A stretch of 37,468 nucleotides of DNA from a bacterium (GCA_049472315.1 JBLIRN010000031.1:1-37468); one strand, 5' to 3'. Positions 6,999-18,544 are shown, counted from the first letter of the stretch. Translations and numbers: made by a program. The notes: a model not told the origin generated them from the sequence alone.

Positions 6999-9848
6999 AT
7001 GCCCCGAAAAGGCGAGCGGCAGTCGGCGCCTCAAGACGCCGTGAAATATCTCTATCTTGGCCTGAAAGGGATAGGATCCTACCCAGCAAATCACCCCGCC
7101 ACCGTCAAACCGGTCCAAAAGGCCTTTCAGCTTTTCTCCACACTTCTCAAGACAAAAACCAGGATAACCATTCATGTCGCCCAGGATACATTGCTTGTGG
7201 AGGACACCCCAATAACCAGGGGATTCGATTTCTCCTCCAAGTTGATACGTGAAATGCTCGCACGGAATGTGTCGGGCTTTACCCTTACCAGGGGGCTTTC
7301 GCAGTGGGAGTTGAAGGGCCTTTTGCAGGTATTGTCGGAGCAGCCGGAAGAACTGTGGAAGAAGGGAGGGCCGGCGGAGGTCCTCAGGAAACGGGGTATT
7401 TCCTCCATAAGAATCACGGAGATCACTTACCGCCAGGCAGTGGGCGGCGCGGCACCGGCAAGGGGCATCCAGCCTTCACGTCTGAACGATGAAGACCGGC
7501 ACGAAGAATTCCCCCTCAATGTCGAAGATCATGGGGACGATCTCGATGATGCCGTGGGGGCTTCCCCTGAAATTCCCGGTATCGAAGAGTTTAGCCTCGA
7601 TGAAGACCAGGGCATGCCGGGGGATGGAGAGGGGGCCTCCCTGGAGGATGAGACCGCCGAGGTATCGAATAGGTCTCCTGGCGGTGCGGAGGAGCCCCCC
7701 CCTGCGGATGGATCAAGCGGGCTTTGCCTGGAAGAATTGGATGTGCCGGATGATATCACCCTCAGGGAGGTCCCGGGGGGCGGTGTCCCGGAAGCAGACT
7801 TCCTGACCAGACACGCCGAGGAAATCAAGGAGAAGCTGTCCTCGTGCCTTGCAGCAGGGAGAATCGAGGAGGCACGGGCCATGCTCGATCTCTATGCCAA
7901 AAGGCTCGATGATCAATCCTGGCAGATTCGAAAGACGGTGGCCCAGGGTTTCAATGCGATAATCTCAGGGCTCGACGAGCTCGACAAGGCCAAGGAGAAT
8001 TTTCGTGAGGTATCGAGCAGCCTGATCAACAAGCTGACCGCCAGGCTGAAGCAGGAGGATCACATCGACGCCTACCTGGCCCTCACCGAGAGCCTTCGGA
8101 CGGCCTGCAGCACACAGGAGAAATCCGATAGCTACTATGTGGATGAAACCCTCGGACACCGGCTCTATTCCGATGCCAAACTCAGCAGACAGCAGCTCCA
8201 GCAGGTGCTGTCCACGCGCAAGACAAGCGGCCGGTCCATCCAGTACACCGTGGCTTCGCTGAACTACCTGGGTGAAAAGGAGGTCCTCCACTATCTGTCG
8301 GAGCAATTCACGGGGTATTCGATGCTTCATCTGACCGAGCTCACAAACATCCCCAACAATATCCTGGAAACCATACCATCCAAATATGCGAAGCGATACT
8401 ACTCACTCCCCTTCAAGCTCGATGACCAAAGGCTTTACACAGCCCTGGATAATCCGAAGGACATGAATAAGATAAGCGACCTGGAGTTCATATCGGGATA
8501 CACGATCGTCCCCTTCGGTGCCGCTGAATATTTTCTGATGAATGCCATCGATCGGTTTTATAACATCCAGTATGGACCGGAAGCCGCTGTCGAGCAGCTT
8601 ATCGAGGAGATACGCCAGGATGACGAAGACCTTGAGTTCATCGAGGAAAAGGAGGACAAACCTGCGGCACTGGATGAGTATGAAGGCACCCAGGGCCCGA
8701 TCGTGAGGATGGTGAACCTGATCCTGAGGGAGGCGGTGAGCAAGGGGGCGAGCGACATACACATCGAGCCGTACGAGGACGAGGTGCGGGTGCGGTTCAG
8801 GGTTGACGGATCGCTCATCCAGGCCATGAGGCCGCCCTTCAAATACCGCAACGGGATTACCTCCCGGATAAAGGTGATGTCGCGGCTGGACATCTCCGAG
8901 AAGCGGCTTCCGCAGGACGGGCGGTTCAGGATCAAGGTGGAGGGGAAGTGCATCGATTTTCGGGTATCCGTCTTTCCGGGAGGGTTTGGTGAGAAGGTGG
9001 TGCTGCGCCTGCTGGACAAATCGAATCTGCAGATAGACATGTCCAAGCTGGGGATGAAGGGGGAGGATATGAAGGCCCTCATGGGGGCCATGTATAAATC
9101 GAAGGGGATGATCCTGGTCACCGGTCCGACGGGGAGCGGGAAGAGCACGACGCTGTATTCGATACTCCAGAAGCTGAATGACGGGACCCGGAACATCAAC
9201 ACGGCGGAGGACCCTGTTGAGTACAACATGCACGGCATCAACCAGTTTCAGATGAATCCTGCGATCGGCCTTGACTTTGCCCGGGCCCTGCGTTCCTTTC
9301 TGAGGCAGGACCCCGATGTGATCATGGTGGGGGAGATGCGGGATCTGGAGACCGCGCAGATAGCGGTGAAGGCCGCCCTTACGGGTCATCTGGTGCTGAG
9401 CACGCTGCACACCAACAGCGCGGTGGAGACCATAACCAGGCTGGTGGAGATGGGGATAGAGCCCTTCCTTGTGGCCACCTCGGTGGATTTGATCATCGCC
9501 CAGAGGCTGATGCGGAAGATCTGCCCTGCCTGCAGGCAGGAGGCGAAGCCCCCGGATATGTTCCTGGACTATCTCAAAGGGATGGGCCACAAATTATCCC
9601 GGGATACATTCTACGTGGGGAAGGGTTGCCCGAAATGTTACCAAACCGGCTACCGGGGGAGGTTTGCCATATACGAGGTGTTCCCCATGTGGAACGAGAT
9701 CCGCGAGATGATCATCCAAAGGGAATCCCCCCTCAAAATGCAGGTGAAGGCCGAGGAACTGGGGCTCAAGATCCTTCGGGAAAATGCGCTTGCAAAGGCC
9801 AAGCAGGGGATTACTACCATAGAGGAGTGGATGAGGGTGGTAGGATAG
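6999..9848 (+). CDS. PilB/GspE-family secretion/pilus assembly ATPase with long N-terminal extension
   Basis: ASDIHIEP, RLPQDGR, Walker A GPTGSGKST, EDPVEY, LRQDPDVIMVGEMRD, His box TGHLVLSTLHTN, Zn motif CPAC...CPKC; GAGGTG RBS. Confidence 0.93.
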   Translation: MPRKGERQSAPQDAVKYLYLGLKGIGSYPANHPATVKPVQKAFQLFSTLLKTKTRITIHVAQDTLLVEDTPITRGFDFSSKLIREMLARNVSGFTLTRGLSQWELKGLLQVLSEQPEELWKKGGPAEVLRKRGISSIRITEITYRQAVGGAAPARGIQPSRLNDEDRHEEFPLNVEDHGDDLDDAVGASPEIPGIEEFSLDEDQGMPGDGEGASLEDETAEVSNRSPGGAEEPPPADGSSGLCLEELDVPDDITLREVPGGGVPEADFLTRHAEEIKEKLSSCLAAGRIEEARAMLDLYAKRLDDQSWQIRKTVAQGFNAIISGLDELDKAKENFREVSSSLINKLTARLKQEDHIDAYLALTESLRTACSTQEKSDSYYVDETLGHRLYSDAKLSRQQLQQVLSTRKTSGRSIQYTVASLNYLGEKEVLHYLSEQFTGYSMLHLTELTNIPNNILETIPSKYAKRYYSLPFKLDDQRLYTALDNPKDMNKISDLEFISGYTIVPFGAAEYFLMNAIDRFYNIQYGPEAAVEQLIEEIRQDDEDLEFIEEKEDKPAALDEYEGTQGPIVRMVNLILREAVSKGASDIHIEPYEDEVRVRFRVDGSLIQAMRPPFKYRNGITSRIKVMSRLDISEKRLPQDGRFRIKVEGKCIDFRVSVFPGGFGEKVVLRLLDKSNLQIDMSKLGMKGEDMKALMGAMYKSKGMILVTGPTGSGKSTTLYSILQKLNDGTRNINTAEDPVEYNMHGINQFQMNPAIGLDFARALRSFLRQDPDVIMVGEMRDLETAQIAVKAALTGHLVLSTLHTNSAVETITRLVEMGIEPFLVATSVDLIIAQRLMRKICPACRQEAKPPDMFLDYLKGMGHKLSRDTFYVGKGCPKCYQTGYRGRFAIYEVFPMWNEIREMIIQRESPLKMQVKAEELGLKILRENALAKAKQGITTIEEWMRVVG

Positions 9849-9952
9849 GGTGATCCCTTTCGAAATACAAAATGCCCCTCACCCTTCTTAAAAAATCGGA
9901 AGGAATTAAGGGGCATCCCTGCCCTTTTTCAAAAATGCCGAATGGCCTCTCG

Positions 9953-10549
9953 TTATATCCACCCGACAAAAAAGCCGTACATTAAGGGATTCAGGATCGG
10001 AAAGGAGCCATAAAACGGCTGTCCCGAGTAAGATGACCCTGTGCGATCGGAACCCCATGAAGCGCCGGACCCGGACATGGAATATGACGCGGAACCGGAG
10101 TCATACTCGCTCCCTCCCATCGAACCGCCCCCCATCGAGCCTCCTCCCATTGAACCACCCCACGTGTATCCGTAACCATATCCAGGGGCATAACCACTTA
10201 GAGCCGACCCGTAAGACATTCCATATGAAGGACTCGTGAAGCTTCCGAATCCGGAGGTGATCGGATATGATGAGTATCCTGATCCATACCCGGAGGATAA
10301 TGATCCGTAGCCAAGAGACGAAAAGGGAACGCTCGAATAAAGGCCAAGGGAGCCCATGTTCCAGGCCGCCTGATTGTACGAAGAGGAAAATGATCCATAC
10401 CCGTAATTCATCGTACCCATGGTCTGCCCGGAATATCCCCCCATTGACATACCTCCGTGTCCCCCGGCGGAAGCGACCAGAGGCAGGAACAGCGCACAGA
10501 TGAAAAGCGGCATAATAAATCTATTGCCGATCAAAGTTTTTTTACTCAT
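9953..10549 (-). CDS. Secreted Gly/Ser/Tyr/Met-rich low-complexity protein
   Basis: Signal peptide (MSKK...LFICALFLPLVASA); mature part dominated by G, S, Y, M with a MGGGSMGGGSMGGS repeat; aromatic C-terminus. Confidence 0.75.
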   Translation of the reverse strand: MSKKTLIGNRFIMPLFICALFLPLVASAGGHGGMSMGGYSGQTMGTMNYGYGSFSSSYNQAAWNMGSLGLYSSVPFSSLGYGSLSSGYGSGYSSYPITSGFGSFTSPSYGMSYGSALSGYAPGYGYGYTWGGSMGGGSMGGGSMGGSEYDSGSASYSMSGSGASWGSDRTGSSYSGQPFYGSFPILNPLMYGFFVGWI

Positions 10550-11094
10550 GGTCTACCCCCAATCTATAAGACCTCATTGCGTTGAAGGAGCCTGCAATGA
10601 AATGTCCGGCCGTCACCCCCCCCTTTTTTGACGCCCTTCCGAATGTATGAAAGGGAATCCGTCACGCATTCAAATGATCACCGCATGAAAAACCGATACT
10701 GTCAAGAGAGGCAGCATACTCAAGCGAGAAAGGTCGTGTATTCAAAAAGTCCCTTCATGCGCGGGAAATTAATGGCGAACATTTCGTGCTATCGATTTCA
10801 CCATTAAAGACGGTATATTGTTGCATTTTATTACTCTTTTCCCCTGCACAGCGGAATAGGCGGGCCATGGTGCGCAGCGGACATCCATGTGCGTACTAAC
10901 TCGCTCTCGTTTTAAGAGGTCGAAAGGATGCCTGACAGGAGGTTTCAACGGGGCAGTTCGATTCATCCTTATCTATATCTATATAATGCGAGCAGGGGTA
11001 GGTGCAAAAAATGTAACGGATTGTCAGCAGTCCTCATTGTGACATTGCATCGTCTGGGCAGATATGCCCGCCCGCGCCACGTGGGCCGGATCAA

Positions 11095-11364
11095 TTATCT
11101 GAAATTATAATGTTTCCTGACCGGTTTTTTTATATTCCATGTACACGATAAACCCTGGGGAAAGGTAACGAAATCACCCTCGCCGAAATGCACTGTCTCA
11201 CCATCCTTGGTTGTCACCTCAACCGATCCTTCCAGGATATAGCACTCCTCAGTGGCATCATAAAACCAGTCGAAGCGTGAAACGCCCTTTTCCCAGATCG
11301 GCCAGTCAGAGATCCCCCTTTTTTCGACCTCTTCCCTGTTCGGTTTTTGAATTGAAATGCTCAT
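11095..11364 (-). CDS. Cupin domain protein (DUF861/Cupin_3-like)
   Basis: WPIWEKGVSRFDWFYDATEECYILEGSVEV...GDFVTFPQGLSCTWNIKKPVRKHY; GAAAGGA RBS before ATG 11364. Confidence 0.88.
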   Translation of the reverse strand: MSISIQKPNREEVEKRGISDWPIWEKGVSRFDWFYDATEECYILEGSVEVTTKDGETVHFGEGDFVTFPQGLSCTWNIKKPVRKHYNFR

Positions 11365-11442
11365 CAGCCATCCTTTCTCATTCATAAACCTGAAATAAGA
11401 CATGGCGTCAACAGGTTTAATGAAAACATTCGCCCACCTTCC

Positions 11443-12105
11443 TCACTCCCCCCGGATCTGTCTTAATCGTCCCTCAATGCCTGTCTTCCCCTCGATTAAT
11501 TCAACGTAGCCCCCCTGACTCAATGGACCGGGATTCAATACATGCGTCCTTCCTATTCTGTCCTCTCCCTTTCCTTCGTGGATATGCCCGGTGACACAGA
11601 CATCGGGTTGATACAGTTCGATAAATTCCCTTACCGCTGTACTGCCGACATGCTCTCCGCTTCTCACCATGTCGACCGCTGTGTTGTAGGGAGGTGCATG
11701 GGGGACAAAGAGCGTGAGGGGGGCATCCTTCACTGTGCGGTATCCTTGAAGGATAAGGGAATGTATCTCATGTTCCGAAAATTCGTTCGGGGTGTTGAAG
11801 GGGGTGGGGTTCGATCCCCCCACCCCAAAGATTCCTATTATGCCCTGAACAGTTCCGTTTCCATGGATACTGATTCCGAGCCCCTGAAGGAAGGATTCCA
11901 CCTCCCTCCTGTCGAAATTGCCTGCCTGAGCAAAGACGGCGGTATTGTATCGTCGTACGCGATCGATTACCCTCTTCGCCCTTTCGATACCGCCGGTATT
12001 GGTTAAATCCCCTGTGATGACAACACAATCCGCACGGGAAAGACCCTCTATTGCAGCGAGGTGATCGGTATGCTCGTGGATATCTCCTAAGGCAATGATT
12101 TTCAT
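11443..12105 (-). CDS. Calcineurin-like metallophosphoesterase (Icc-related)
   Basis: Motifs GDIH, TGDLT, GNFD, HAPP, GHIHE. Confidence 0.92.
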   Translation of the reverse strand: MKIIALGDIHEHTDHLAAIEGLSRADCVVITGDLTNTGGIERAKRVIDRVRRYNTAVFAQAGNFDRREVESFLQGLGISIHGNGTVQGIIGIFGVGGSNPTPFNTPNEFSEHEIHSLILQGYRTVKDAPLTLFVPHAPPYNTAVDMVRSGEHVGSTAVREFIELYQPDVCVTGHIHEGKGEDRIGRTHVLNPGPLSQGGYVELIEGKTGIEGRLRQIRGE

Positions 12106-12139
12106 AAGCGGAACGGAATCGGAATCCTTAGAGAATCTC

Positions 12140-12586
12140 TCAGACCTTGCCCGCCGCCTTCTTTTTCCTGTATTCAGCGAGCTTGTTGCCGAGTTTCTTC
12201 TCCTTTGCCAGCTTCCTCCTTTTCGCTGTCAAGGATTTTGCAACCAGTGCCTGACCCGTTCGCAGGCCGTATTTCTTCTTGTATTCCTTGGGGGTGAGAT
12301 CATGGGATCTTAGATGCGACTTGGAGAGCTGTTTGAATTCCTTGCCGCACTCAAGGCACACAATCTTATTCCTCTGTATGGAGTCCTTAGGCGCAAGGGG
12401 TAGCTGTCCCTTTTCCGCCGATCCCGGTTCAAGGGCGGGATAGCTACCCTCTTCTTTATCCCGGATATCCTTGAGCGTGACAAATAATCTCTTGAGTGCG
12501 TCACTTACTTCTTCTGAAGACATCTGTGTATTTGACGCCTGGGCTGTAACGATTTCAGCAGCCATTTCCAATAGTGTCTTTGCCAT
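12140..12586 (-). CDS. Ros/MucR family transcriptional regulator
   Basis: LLEMAAEIVTAQ N-terminus; zinc finger SIQRNKIVCLECGKEFKQLSKSHLRSHDLTPKEYKKKYGL; GGAGGA RBS before ATG 12586. Confidence 0.93.
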   Translation of the reverse strand: MAKTLLEMAAEIVTAQASNTQMSSEEVSDALKRLFVTLKDIRDKEEGSYPALEPGSAEKGQLPLAPKDSIQRNKIVCLECGKEFKQLSKSHLRSHDLTPKEYKKKYGLRTGQALVAKSLTAKRRKLAKEKKLGNKLAEYRKKKAAGKV

Positions 12587-12720
12587 GTTTCTGTCCTCCA
12601 TGGAAAGGGTTAGGTGTTTGAATAGAATCTGGTTGACACGGGCTATATGCCTATTAAAAAAGGCAATGATTAGCTCTCGTGATTATTCTCCTCAATGTAT
12701 CGAGGCATGAGCATAATACT

Positions 12721-12748
12721 ATGATAAGCATATAAATTAATTTGTCAA
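12721..12748 (-). promoter_or_regulatory. Possible sigma-70 promoter for the MucR-family gene
   Basis: Minus strand TTGACA-N16-TATCAT in AT-rich DNA. Confidence 0.4.
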
Positions 12749-13346
12749 CAACCTGAAGTATAAAAAAATAAAAACAGCCACCAGATGATAATAGCAAGTT
12801 ACCAATTTCATTCAGAGATAATGAGATACAGTAGATCAAAAAGAAAAATATAAGCGGAAATCTAACATCTTTAATAATGCATTATACCCCAAAAAAATAC
12901 ATTGCACAAAGGGGAGGACCACAACGTCTCATAAATTTTTTAACAGCGGATTACGTTCAATGATACATGATCAATAAGGAAACAAGTTCAACAGAACGGC
13001 ATCCAGGGGGAGATGCGGTGAGATATCCGTATGCCCTGCAATAACTCATTTCATTGCAGATATCGGATCATGCCCGGATGGTAAAAACACAGAGAAATTA
13101 CACGATATGCTCACTATCCTAAAAATTGTGGAATGAGGACTGAGGAAAAAGGCGATTTCAGCCCTCTGCCACTGGCGATTTTTTTGCTGCTGACTCAAAA
13201 AAATATGAAAAAGTGAGGGGTAGATGCCTGTAACGGTAGATAGAAATAGTCAAAAAGGACGATTTATTATAGAGAATTGTTTTTCTCAAATGAAGAGGAC
13301 GGATGTGTCCCCTGGTGTCAATATGCTCCTTGAGTGAAAAAGGTCC

Positions 13347-15776
13347 ATGGAACAAAGAGAGAAAATGCAGTCAGTGAGAACCTTGTCGATACGGAAAAAG
13401 ATCGCTTGGCTTGTCATCCTTACGAGCGGCATGCTGCTGATCTCTGCGCTTGCCGGTATGGTCATCCATGATCTGATCGCCTTCCAGGGCGTGATGCATA
13501 CACATATATTTTTTTACGCCGCGTTCATCGGCGCTCTGTTGCTCCTGGCGGTGACGCTGGCCTTCCCTGTAGGGACCTTTATGCAGCGAGTGATTTCAAG
13601 GCCGCTCGTGGAATTGGCGCGTATCACGAAGGCGGTTTCCGAGGGGCGTGATTATTCCATCCGGGTGCGGGGTGATACAAGCGGCGAGTTGGGATTTTTG
13701 GTGGGGAATCTTAACGAGATGTTGAACCAGATACAAAAGAGGGATGCAGAGCTGCATTGCGCGTACGAAGAGCTTGAAAAACGGGCGCAGGAGCTGTTCA
13801 CGGCAAAGCAGGAGGCGGAAGCGGCGAATAATGCCAAGAGCGAGTTTTTGGCCAATATGTCGCATGAGATCCGCACACCCATGAACGGAATCATCGGGAT
13901 GACCCGCCTTGCCCTGGACACCCCGCTTACCGATGAACAGCGTGATTATCTTGCAATCGTCAGGGACTCGGCGGATTCCCTTTTGAACATCATCAACGAG
14001 ATCCTCGATTTCTCCAAGATTGAAGCAGGGCATCTGGAGATGGAGAACGTCGACTTCAACCTTCCCCAGACCATCGAGGCCGCGGTGGATATATTGGCCG
14101 TCAAGGCCCATGAAAAGGGGCTGGAGCTCCTCTACTCCATCGACCCCGAGGTCCCGGATTTTCTGGTGGGGGACCCGGGGAAGTTGCGCCAGGTCATCAT
14201 CAATTTGGGCTCCAATGCCTTTAAATTTACGGACAAGGGAGAGGTGCTCATTTGTTGCAAGGTTGAGGGAAAGGATACAGAATCGGCGACGCTCAATTTC
14301 TCCGTATCGGATAACGGCATTGGTATCCCTCCGGAAAAGATGGAGGCAATCTTTGAAGGATTCCGCCAGGGCGACGGTTCGTTCACCAGACGATTCGGCG
14401 GCACCGGGTTAGGTCTCACCATTTCAAAACGTCTCGTGGAAATCATGGGGGGCAGGATATGGGTGGAAAGTCGGGTAGGTGAGGGGAGTACGTTTCATTT
14501 TTCGATCAGATTCCTTCTCCCCTCCACGCAGAGAAAGGCAGGCAGGAGGGCCGAAACGATCACGCTTCAGGGCATACGCCTGTTGATTGTCGATGATAAC
14601 GACACCTGCCGAAAAATTATTGGTGATATTGTCTCTCCTTGGGGGCTCGACTACGGTGAGGCCCGTGATGGTCAGAGTGCCCTGGGTGCGCTGGAGGGTG
14701 CCGCCAAAAACGGGGGGCCCTATCATGTTATGCTGCTGGATACGATGATTCCCGGCACGGACGTATCCAAGATATGTCAGCGTATCAAGAGGAACCGGCT
14801 GATGAGGGACACCAGGATCATTCTGCTCTCTTCGTACGTCCGGAGAGAAAAGAAGGGGTGTTGCCAGGATCTCGGGATTTTCACCAATCTGTTGAAACCG
14901 ATAAAGCCATACGAACTTCTCGATACGATTTTGACGGTACTGGAGAAAAAACCGGCACAGGATGAGGCGGTAAAAACCGATTCCATGCAGGATGATCGCA
15001 CCGATGGCACGGGGGAAGGTTTGCGCATCCTTCTTGCCGAGGATAATCCCGTCAATCAGAAGTTCATTCAGACGCTGTTGGAAAAGCAGGGGCATCTTGT
15101 GCACATCGTAAAAAACGGACAGGAGGCCCTCGAGACCCTCAGGGAACTCGGCTTCGACTTGGCATTCATGGATGTCCAGATGCCGGTGATGGACGGATTG
15201 GAGGCAACGCGATATATCAGGGAAATGGAGAAGCGATCAGGTGAACACCTTCCCATCATCGCCATGACGGCACATGCCATGAAGGGTGACCAGGAGAAAT
15301 GCCTGGCCGCGGGTATGGATGATTACCTGGCAAAACCGATCAACATGGATGAGCTTCTCCTCAAGGTTGAACAGGTACTGTCGCGCGAAAGGGTATCCGC
15401 CGCCATTGTGACGAAGGAAGTGGAGTTTGATATTCAGACAATCACCGGTGATTTCGAGGGAGATACGGAACTGTTCAATGAGATCTTCATGATCTTCGTG
15501 GAGACCTATCCGAATCAGGTGGAACGGATACGAACATCCATCATCGCCAGGGACCCGGAGGGGCTCCAGCGTGCCGCCCATAGCCTGGGGGGGACCCTGT
15601 CGAACTTTCGGGTGTGGGAGATAACGAAATTGGCACTGAAGCTGGAAAAGATGGGCGTGGACAAAAAATTCGAGGATGCGGAAAGGCATCTCCGGCAACT
15701 CGAATCCCTTATCAGGGACTTTATCCGCTACGTTGAGGAGCAGCTTTCCCCCATCGTCGCGGAGGTCTCCTCATAG
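13347..15776 (+). CDS. Hybrid sensor histidine kinase (2TM-HAMP-HisKA-HATPase-REC-REC-Hpt), BarA/GacS-like architecture
   Basis: H-box [42 protein letters not shown], receivers LIVDDN...MLLDT and LLAEDN...FMDVQMP, Hpt AAHSLGG. Confidence 0.95.
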   Translation: MEQREKMQSVRTLSIRKKIAWLVILTSGMLLISALAGMVIHDLIAFQGVMHTHIFFYAAFIGALLLLAVTLAFPVGTFMQRVISRPLVELARITKAVSEGRDYSIRVRGDTSGELGFLVGNLNEMLNQIQKRDAELHCAYEELEKRAQELFTAKQEAEAANNAKSEFLANMSHEIRTPMNGIIGMTRLALDTPLTDEQRDYLAIVRDSADSLLNIINEILDFSKIEAGHLEMENVDFNLPQTIEAAVDILAVKAHEKGLELLYSIDPEVPDFLVGDPGKLRQVIINLGSNAFKFTDKGEVLICCKVEGKDTESATLNFSVSDNGIGIPPEKMEAIFEGFRQGDGSFTRRFGGTGLGLTISKRLVEIMGGRIWVESRVGEGSTFHFSIRFLLPSTQRKAGRRAETITLQGIRLLIVDDNDTCRKIIGDIVSPWGLDYGEARDGQSALGALEGAAKNGGPYHVMLLDTMIPGTDVSKICQRIKRNRLMRDTRIILLSSYVRREKKGCCQDLGIFTNLLKPIKPYELLDTILTVLEKKPAQDEAVKTDSMQDDRTDGTGEGLRILLAEDNPVNQKFIQTLLEKQGHLVHIVKNGQEALETLRELGFDLAFMDVQMPVMDGLEATRYIREMEKRSGEHLPIIAMTAHAMKGDQEKCLAAGMDDYLAKPINMDELLLKVEQVLSRERVSAAIVTKEVEFDIQTITGDFEGDTELFNEIFMIFVETYPNQVERIRTSIIARDPEGLQRAAHSLGGTLSNFRVWEITKLALKLEKMGVDKKFEDAERHLRQLESLIRDFIRYVEEQLSPIVAEVSS

Positions 15777-15798
15777 TATCCCTGTTTCTTTCAGACGG

Positions 15799-16593
15799 CT
15801 ATTCCAACTCCCTGCAGGCAAAGCTCAATCCCCCGGCGACCTTCTTACGCCGGCATACCGGACAGAGCATGACTGCATCCCGAAGGGGTTCCCTGTTCTC
15901 TTCGGGGAATTTTCGGGCGAGCAGTTCAAGCACCTTTTCACCCACCTTCGCACTGACAAGGGGTTCCCCGCATTCCTTGCAGCGAGGAACGGGTACCCGG
16001 GACTTGAAGGGGGAGATTTCGATCTCGTTTTCGTGCATTCGGATCTGTATGGTTCCCACCGGACAGACCGCGGCACAGGCGCCGCAGGCGATGCAGGCAT
16101 CCGAGGCAAGCTGGAAGGGGGTTGATACAACACGCTCCACACCGCGCCCGGAAAAACTGATGGCCGACTGGCCGATCACCTCGGCACACACCCTGGTGCA
16201 CAGACCGCACAGCATGCAATTCCTTTGGGCCTCCGTTACCTTGGGATAGGGTGTACCCTGCACCCCCATGCGCTCGGCGAGCTCTTTTATGTGCCCGCTG
16301 TCCGGGCAGCGGGCGAGCAGGAGTTCCATAACCCCCTTGCGCGCCTGTATGGCGCGCTCCGAATTCACCCACACGCGTATATCCGAACGAATGGGATAGT
16401 TGCATGAGGTGACGATCTGCCGCCAATCACCGCGGTCGAGTTCCACCAGGCAGAGTCGGCAGGATGCATAACCGGTGAGCGAGGGATGGTAGCAGAGGGT
16501 CGGGATCCAGATCCCCTCCCGTATGGCGACCTCGAGGATCGTCTCTCCGGTATCGGCGTTGTACGTCTTGTCATCAATGGTAATTGTCGGCAT
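15799..16593 (-). CDS. NuoG/HydA N-terminal-like Fe-S protein ([2Fe-2S] + 2x[4Fe-4S] + C-terminal CxxC...CxxC), no catalytic domain
   Basis: IPTLCYHP...SCRLCLVE...TSC; CMLCGLCTRVC; CIACGACAAVCP; CKECG...CPVC; GGAGAG RBS before ATG 16593. Confidence 0.88.
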   Translation of the reverse strand: MPTITIDDKTYNADTGETILEVAIREGIWIPTLCYHPSLTGYASCRLCLVELDRGDWRQIVTSCNYPIRSDIRVWVNSERAIQARKGVMELLLARCPDSGHIKELAERMGVQGTPYPKVTEAQRNCMLCGLCTRVCAEVIGQSAISFSGRGVERVVSTPFQLASDACIACGACAAVCPVGTIQIRMHENEIEISPFKSRVPVPRCKECGEPLVSAKVGEKVLELLARKFPEENREPLRDAVMLCPVCRRKKVAGGLSFACRELE

Positions 16594-16607
16594 ACTTCTC
16601 TCCAAGG

Positions 16608-18482
16608 TTATATCTTTATGACTGCGGAAAAGGGACACTTTGCAAAACATACACCGCATTGGGTGCATTTTTCCTGGTCGATGGCGTGGGGCTTCTTCTT
16701 CTCCCCGCTGATGGCCTCCATGGGACATTTCTTGAGGCATATGCCGCACCCCTTGCAGAGATCCTCCTGGATCTCAAAGCGGAACAGCCCGGGGCACTCA
16801 AGGGCCGGGCAGTGCCTTTCGCGAATATGTTCCTCATACTCGTTGCGGAAGTACCTCAGTGTGGAGAGCACCGGGTTCGCCGCGGTCTTTCCCAGGGCGC
16901 AGAGCGCAGAATCGGCCAAAAGCTCGGCCAGTCCCTCCAGCCTTTCGATGTCTCCCTCCTCCCCTTGCCCCTTGGTAATGCGCTGCAGGATGTGGAGCAT
17001 CTGGGCGATGCCCTCGCGGCAGGGGGTGCATTTCCCGCAGGACTCCTGCTTGAGGAAATTGAGGAAGTATTTGGCCACATTGACCATGCAGGTGGTATCA
17101 TCCATAACGATCATACCGCCGGAGCCCATCATGGAACCCGCCTCGGTGAGGCGGTCGAAATCCACCGGGAGATCTATGAGCGATTCGGGGATGCAGCCCC
17201 CCGACGGACCGCCGGTCTGTACCGCCTTGAAGGGGCGTCCACCTTGCACCCCACCGCCGATGCCGAAGATGATCTCCCGCAGGGTCATCCCCATGGGCAC
17301 CTCCACCAGCCCCGTATTGTTCACCTTGCCCACAAGGCTGAATACCTTGGTGCCCTTGCTCCGATCGGTGCCTATGGAGGACAGCCAATCCGGGCCATTG
17401 CGGATGATGGCGGGCACCGTTGCCCAGGTTTCCACATTATTCAACACCGTCGGGCAGTCATTGAGCCCGTATTCCACGGTGTGCACATATTTGGCCCGCG
17501 GCTCTCCGATCCTTCCCTCCAGCGATGCCATGAGTGCCGTTGACTCACCGCAGATGAAGGCGCCCCCTCCCCGGTTTATGGTGATGTCGAAGTTGAATCC
17601 GGTACCCAGGATGTCCTCACCGAGGAGCCCCATTTCCTTGGCCTGCGCGATCGCCATGTTGAGATGCTTGACCGCCAGGGGATACTCGTGGCGCACGTAG
17701 ATGAAACCCTCATGGGCGCCGACTGCATAGGCGCCGATGATCAATCCCTCGATCACTGCATGGGGGTTCCCCTCCATGATGGAGCGGTCCATAAAGGCGC
17801 CGGGGTCCCCTTCATCCCCGTTGCAGATCACATACCGGGGCTCGCGTCCTGTCCGGCGACAGGTGCGCCACTTCCGGCCGGTGGGGAATCCTCCTCCCCC
17901 CCTGCCCCTGAGGCCGGAACGTTCCACCCAATCAACGATCTCATCGGGCTGCATCGTGGTGAGTGCCGTGGCCATACCCTCATAACCCTCCTGGAGGATG
18001 TAGTCGTCGATGCTGGTGGGGTCGATCACCCCGTTGAGGGCGAGCACGATTCGCCTCTGGAGGTTGTAGAAGGGGATCTCCATCGGCGTCTTCGCCCTCG
18101 GTCCCTCAGGTCCCGTCTCGTAGAGCAGACGCTCCACCACATGTCCCAGCATGACGGTTTCCCTGAAGATCTCCGGCACGTCGGAGGGCTGCACCCGGAG
18201 GTAGATGATCTCGCCCGGATCAACGACCACGATGGGGCCGAGCTCGCAGAGGCCGTGGCACCCCGTTCGCTTGGTCTCGATCCTGACCTTGGAGGTGCCC
18301 GTTTCCTTGAGTGCGTCCTGGAATGCCTTCAATACCTCCATGGACCCCTTTGCCTGGCAGCCGGTGCCGATGCACACCCGCACCACCTTTTCCTTCCCGG
18401 TTTTGCCCTTCTTGAGCGACTCTCTGTATTCCTTTAGTGCCTGTACGCTCTGTAACCGTGCTGTTGCAGTACTCAATGCCAT
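16608..18482 (-). CDS. NuoF/HydB-like NAD(P)H-binding flavoprotein subunit
   Basis: [53 protein letters not shown]-terminal thioredoxin-like 2Fe-2S domain, C-terminal 2x[4Fe-4S]. Confidence 0.95.
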   Translation of the reverse strand: MALSTATARLQSVQALKEYRESLKKGKTGKEKVVRVCIGTGCQAKGSMEVLKAFQDALKETGTSKVRIETKRTGCHGLCELGPIVVVDPGEIIYLRVQPSDVPEIFRETVMLGHVVERLLYETGPEGPRAKTPMEIPFYNLQRRIVLALNGVIDPTSIDDYILQEGYEGMATALTTMQPDEIVDWVERSGLRGRGGGGFPTGRKWRTCRRTGREPRYVICNGDEGDPGAFMDRSIMEGNPHAVIEGLIIGAYAVGAHEGFIYVRHEYPLAVKHLNMAIAQAKEMGLLGEDILGTGFNFDITINRGGGAFICGESTALMASLEGRIGEPRAKYVHTVEYGLNDCPTVLNNVETWATVPAIIRNGPDWLSSIGTDRSKGTKVFSLVGKVNNTGLVEVPMGMTLREIIFGIGGGVQGGRPFKAVQTGGPSGGCIPESLIDLPVDFDRLTEAGSMMGSGGMIVMDDTTCMVNVAKYFLNFLKQESCGKCTPCREGIAQMLHILQRITKGQGEEGDIERLEGLAELLADSALCALGKTAANPVLSTLRYFRNEYEEHIRERHCPALECPGLFRFEIQEDLCKGCGICLKKCPMEAISGEKKKPHAIDQEKCTQCGVCFAKCPFSAVIKI

Positions 18483-18544
18483 TCCCTCTTTTCTGTTAGA
18501 ATCCCCTGCCCCTCAACACAGGAGGGGCATCCTGAACCACGTGT

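Noticed and set aside
10593..10609. Minus-strand GG-N10-GC upstream of the Ser/Gly/Tyr gene
   Set aside because: Spacing is right but the -24 element (CGGAC) is a poor match to TGGCA.
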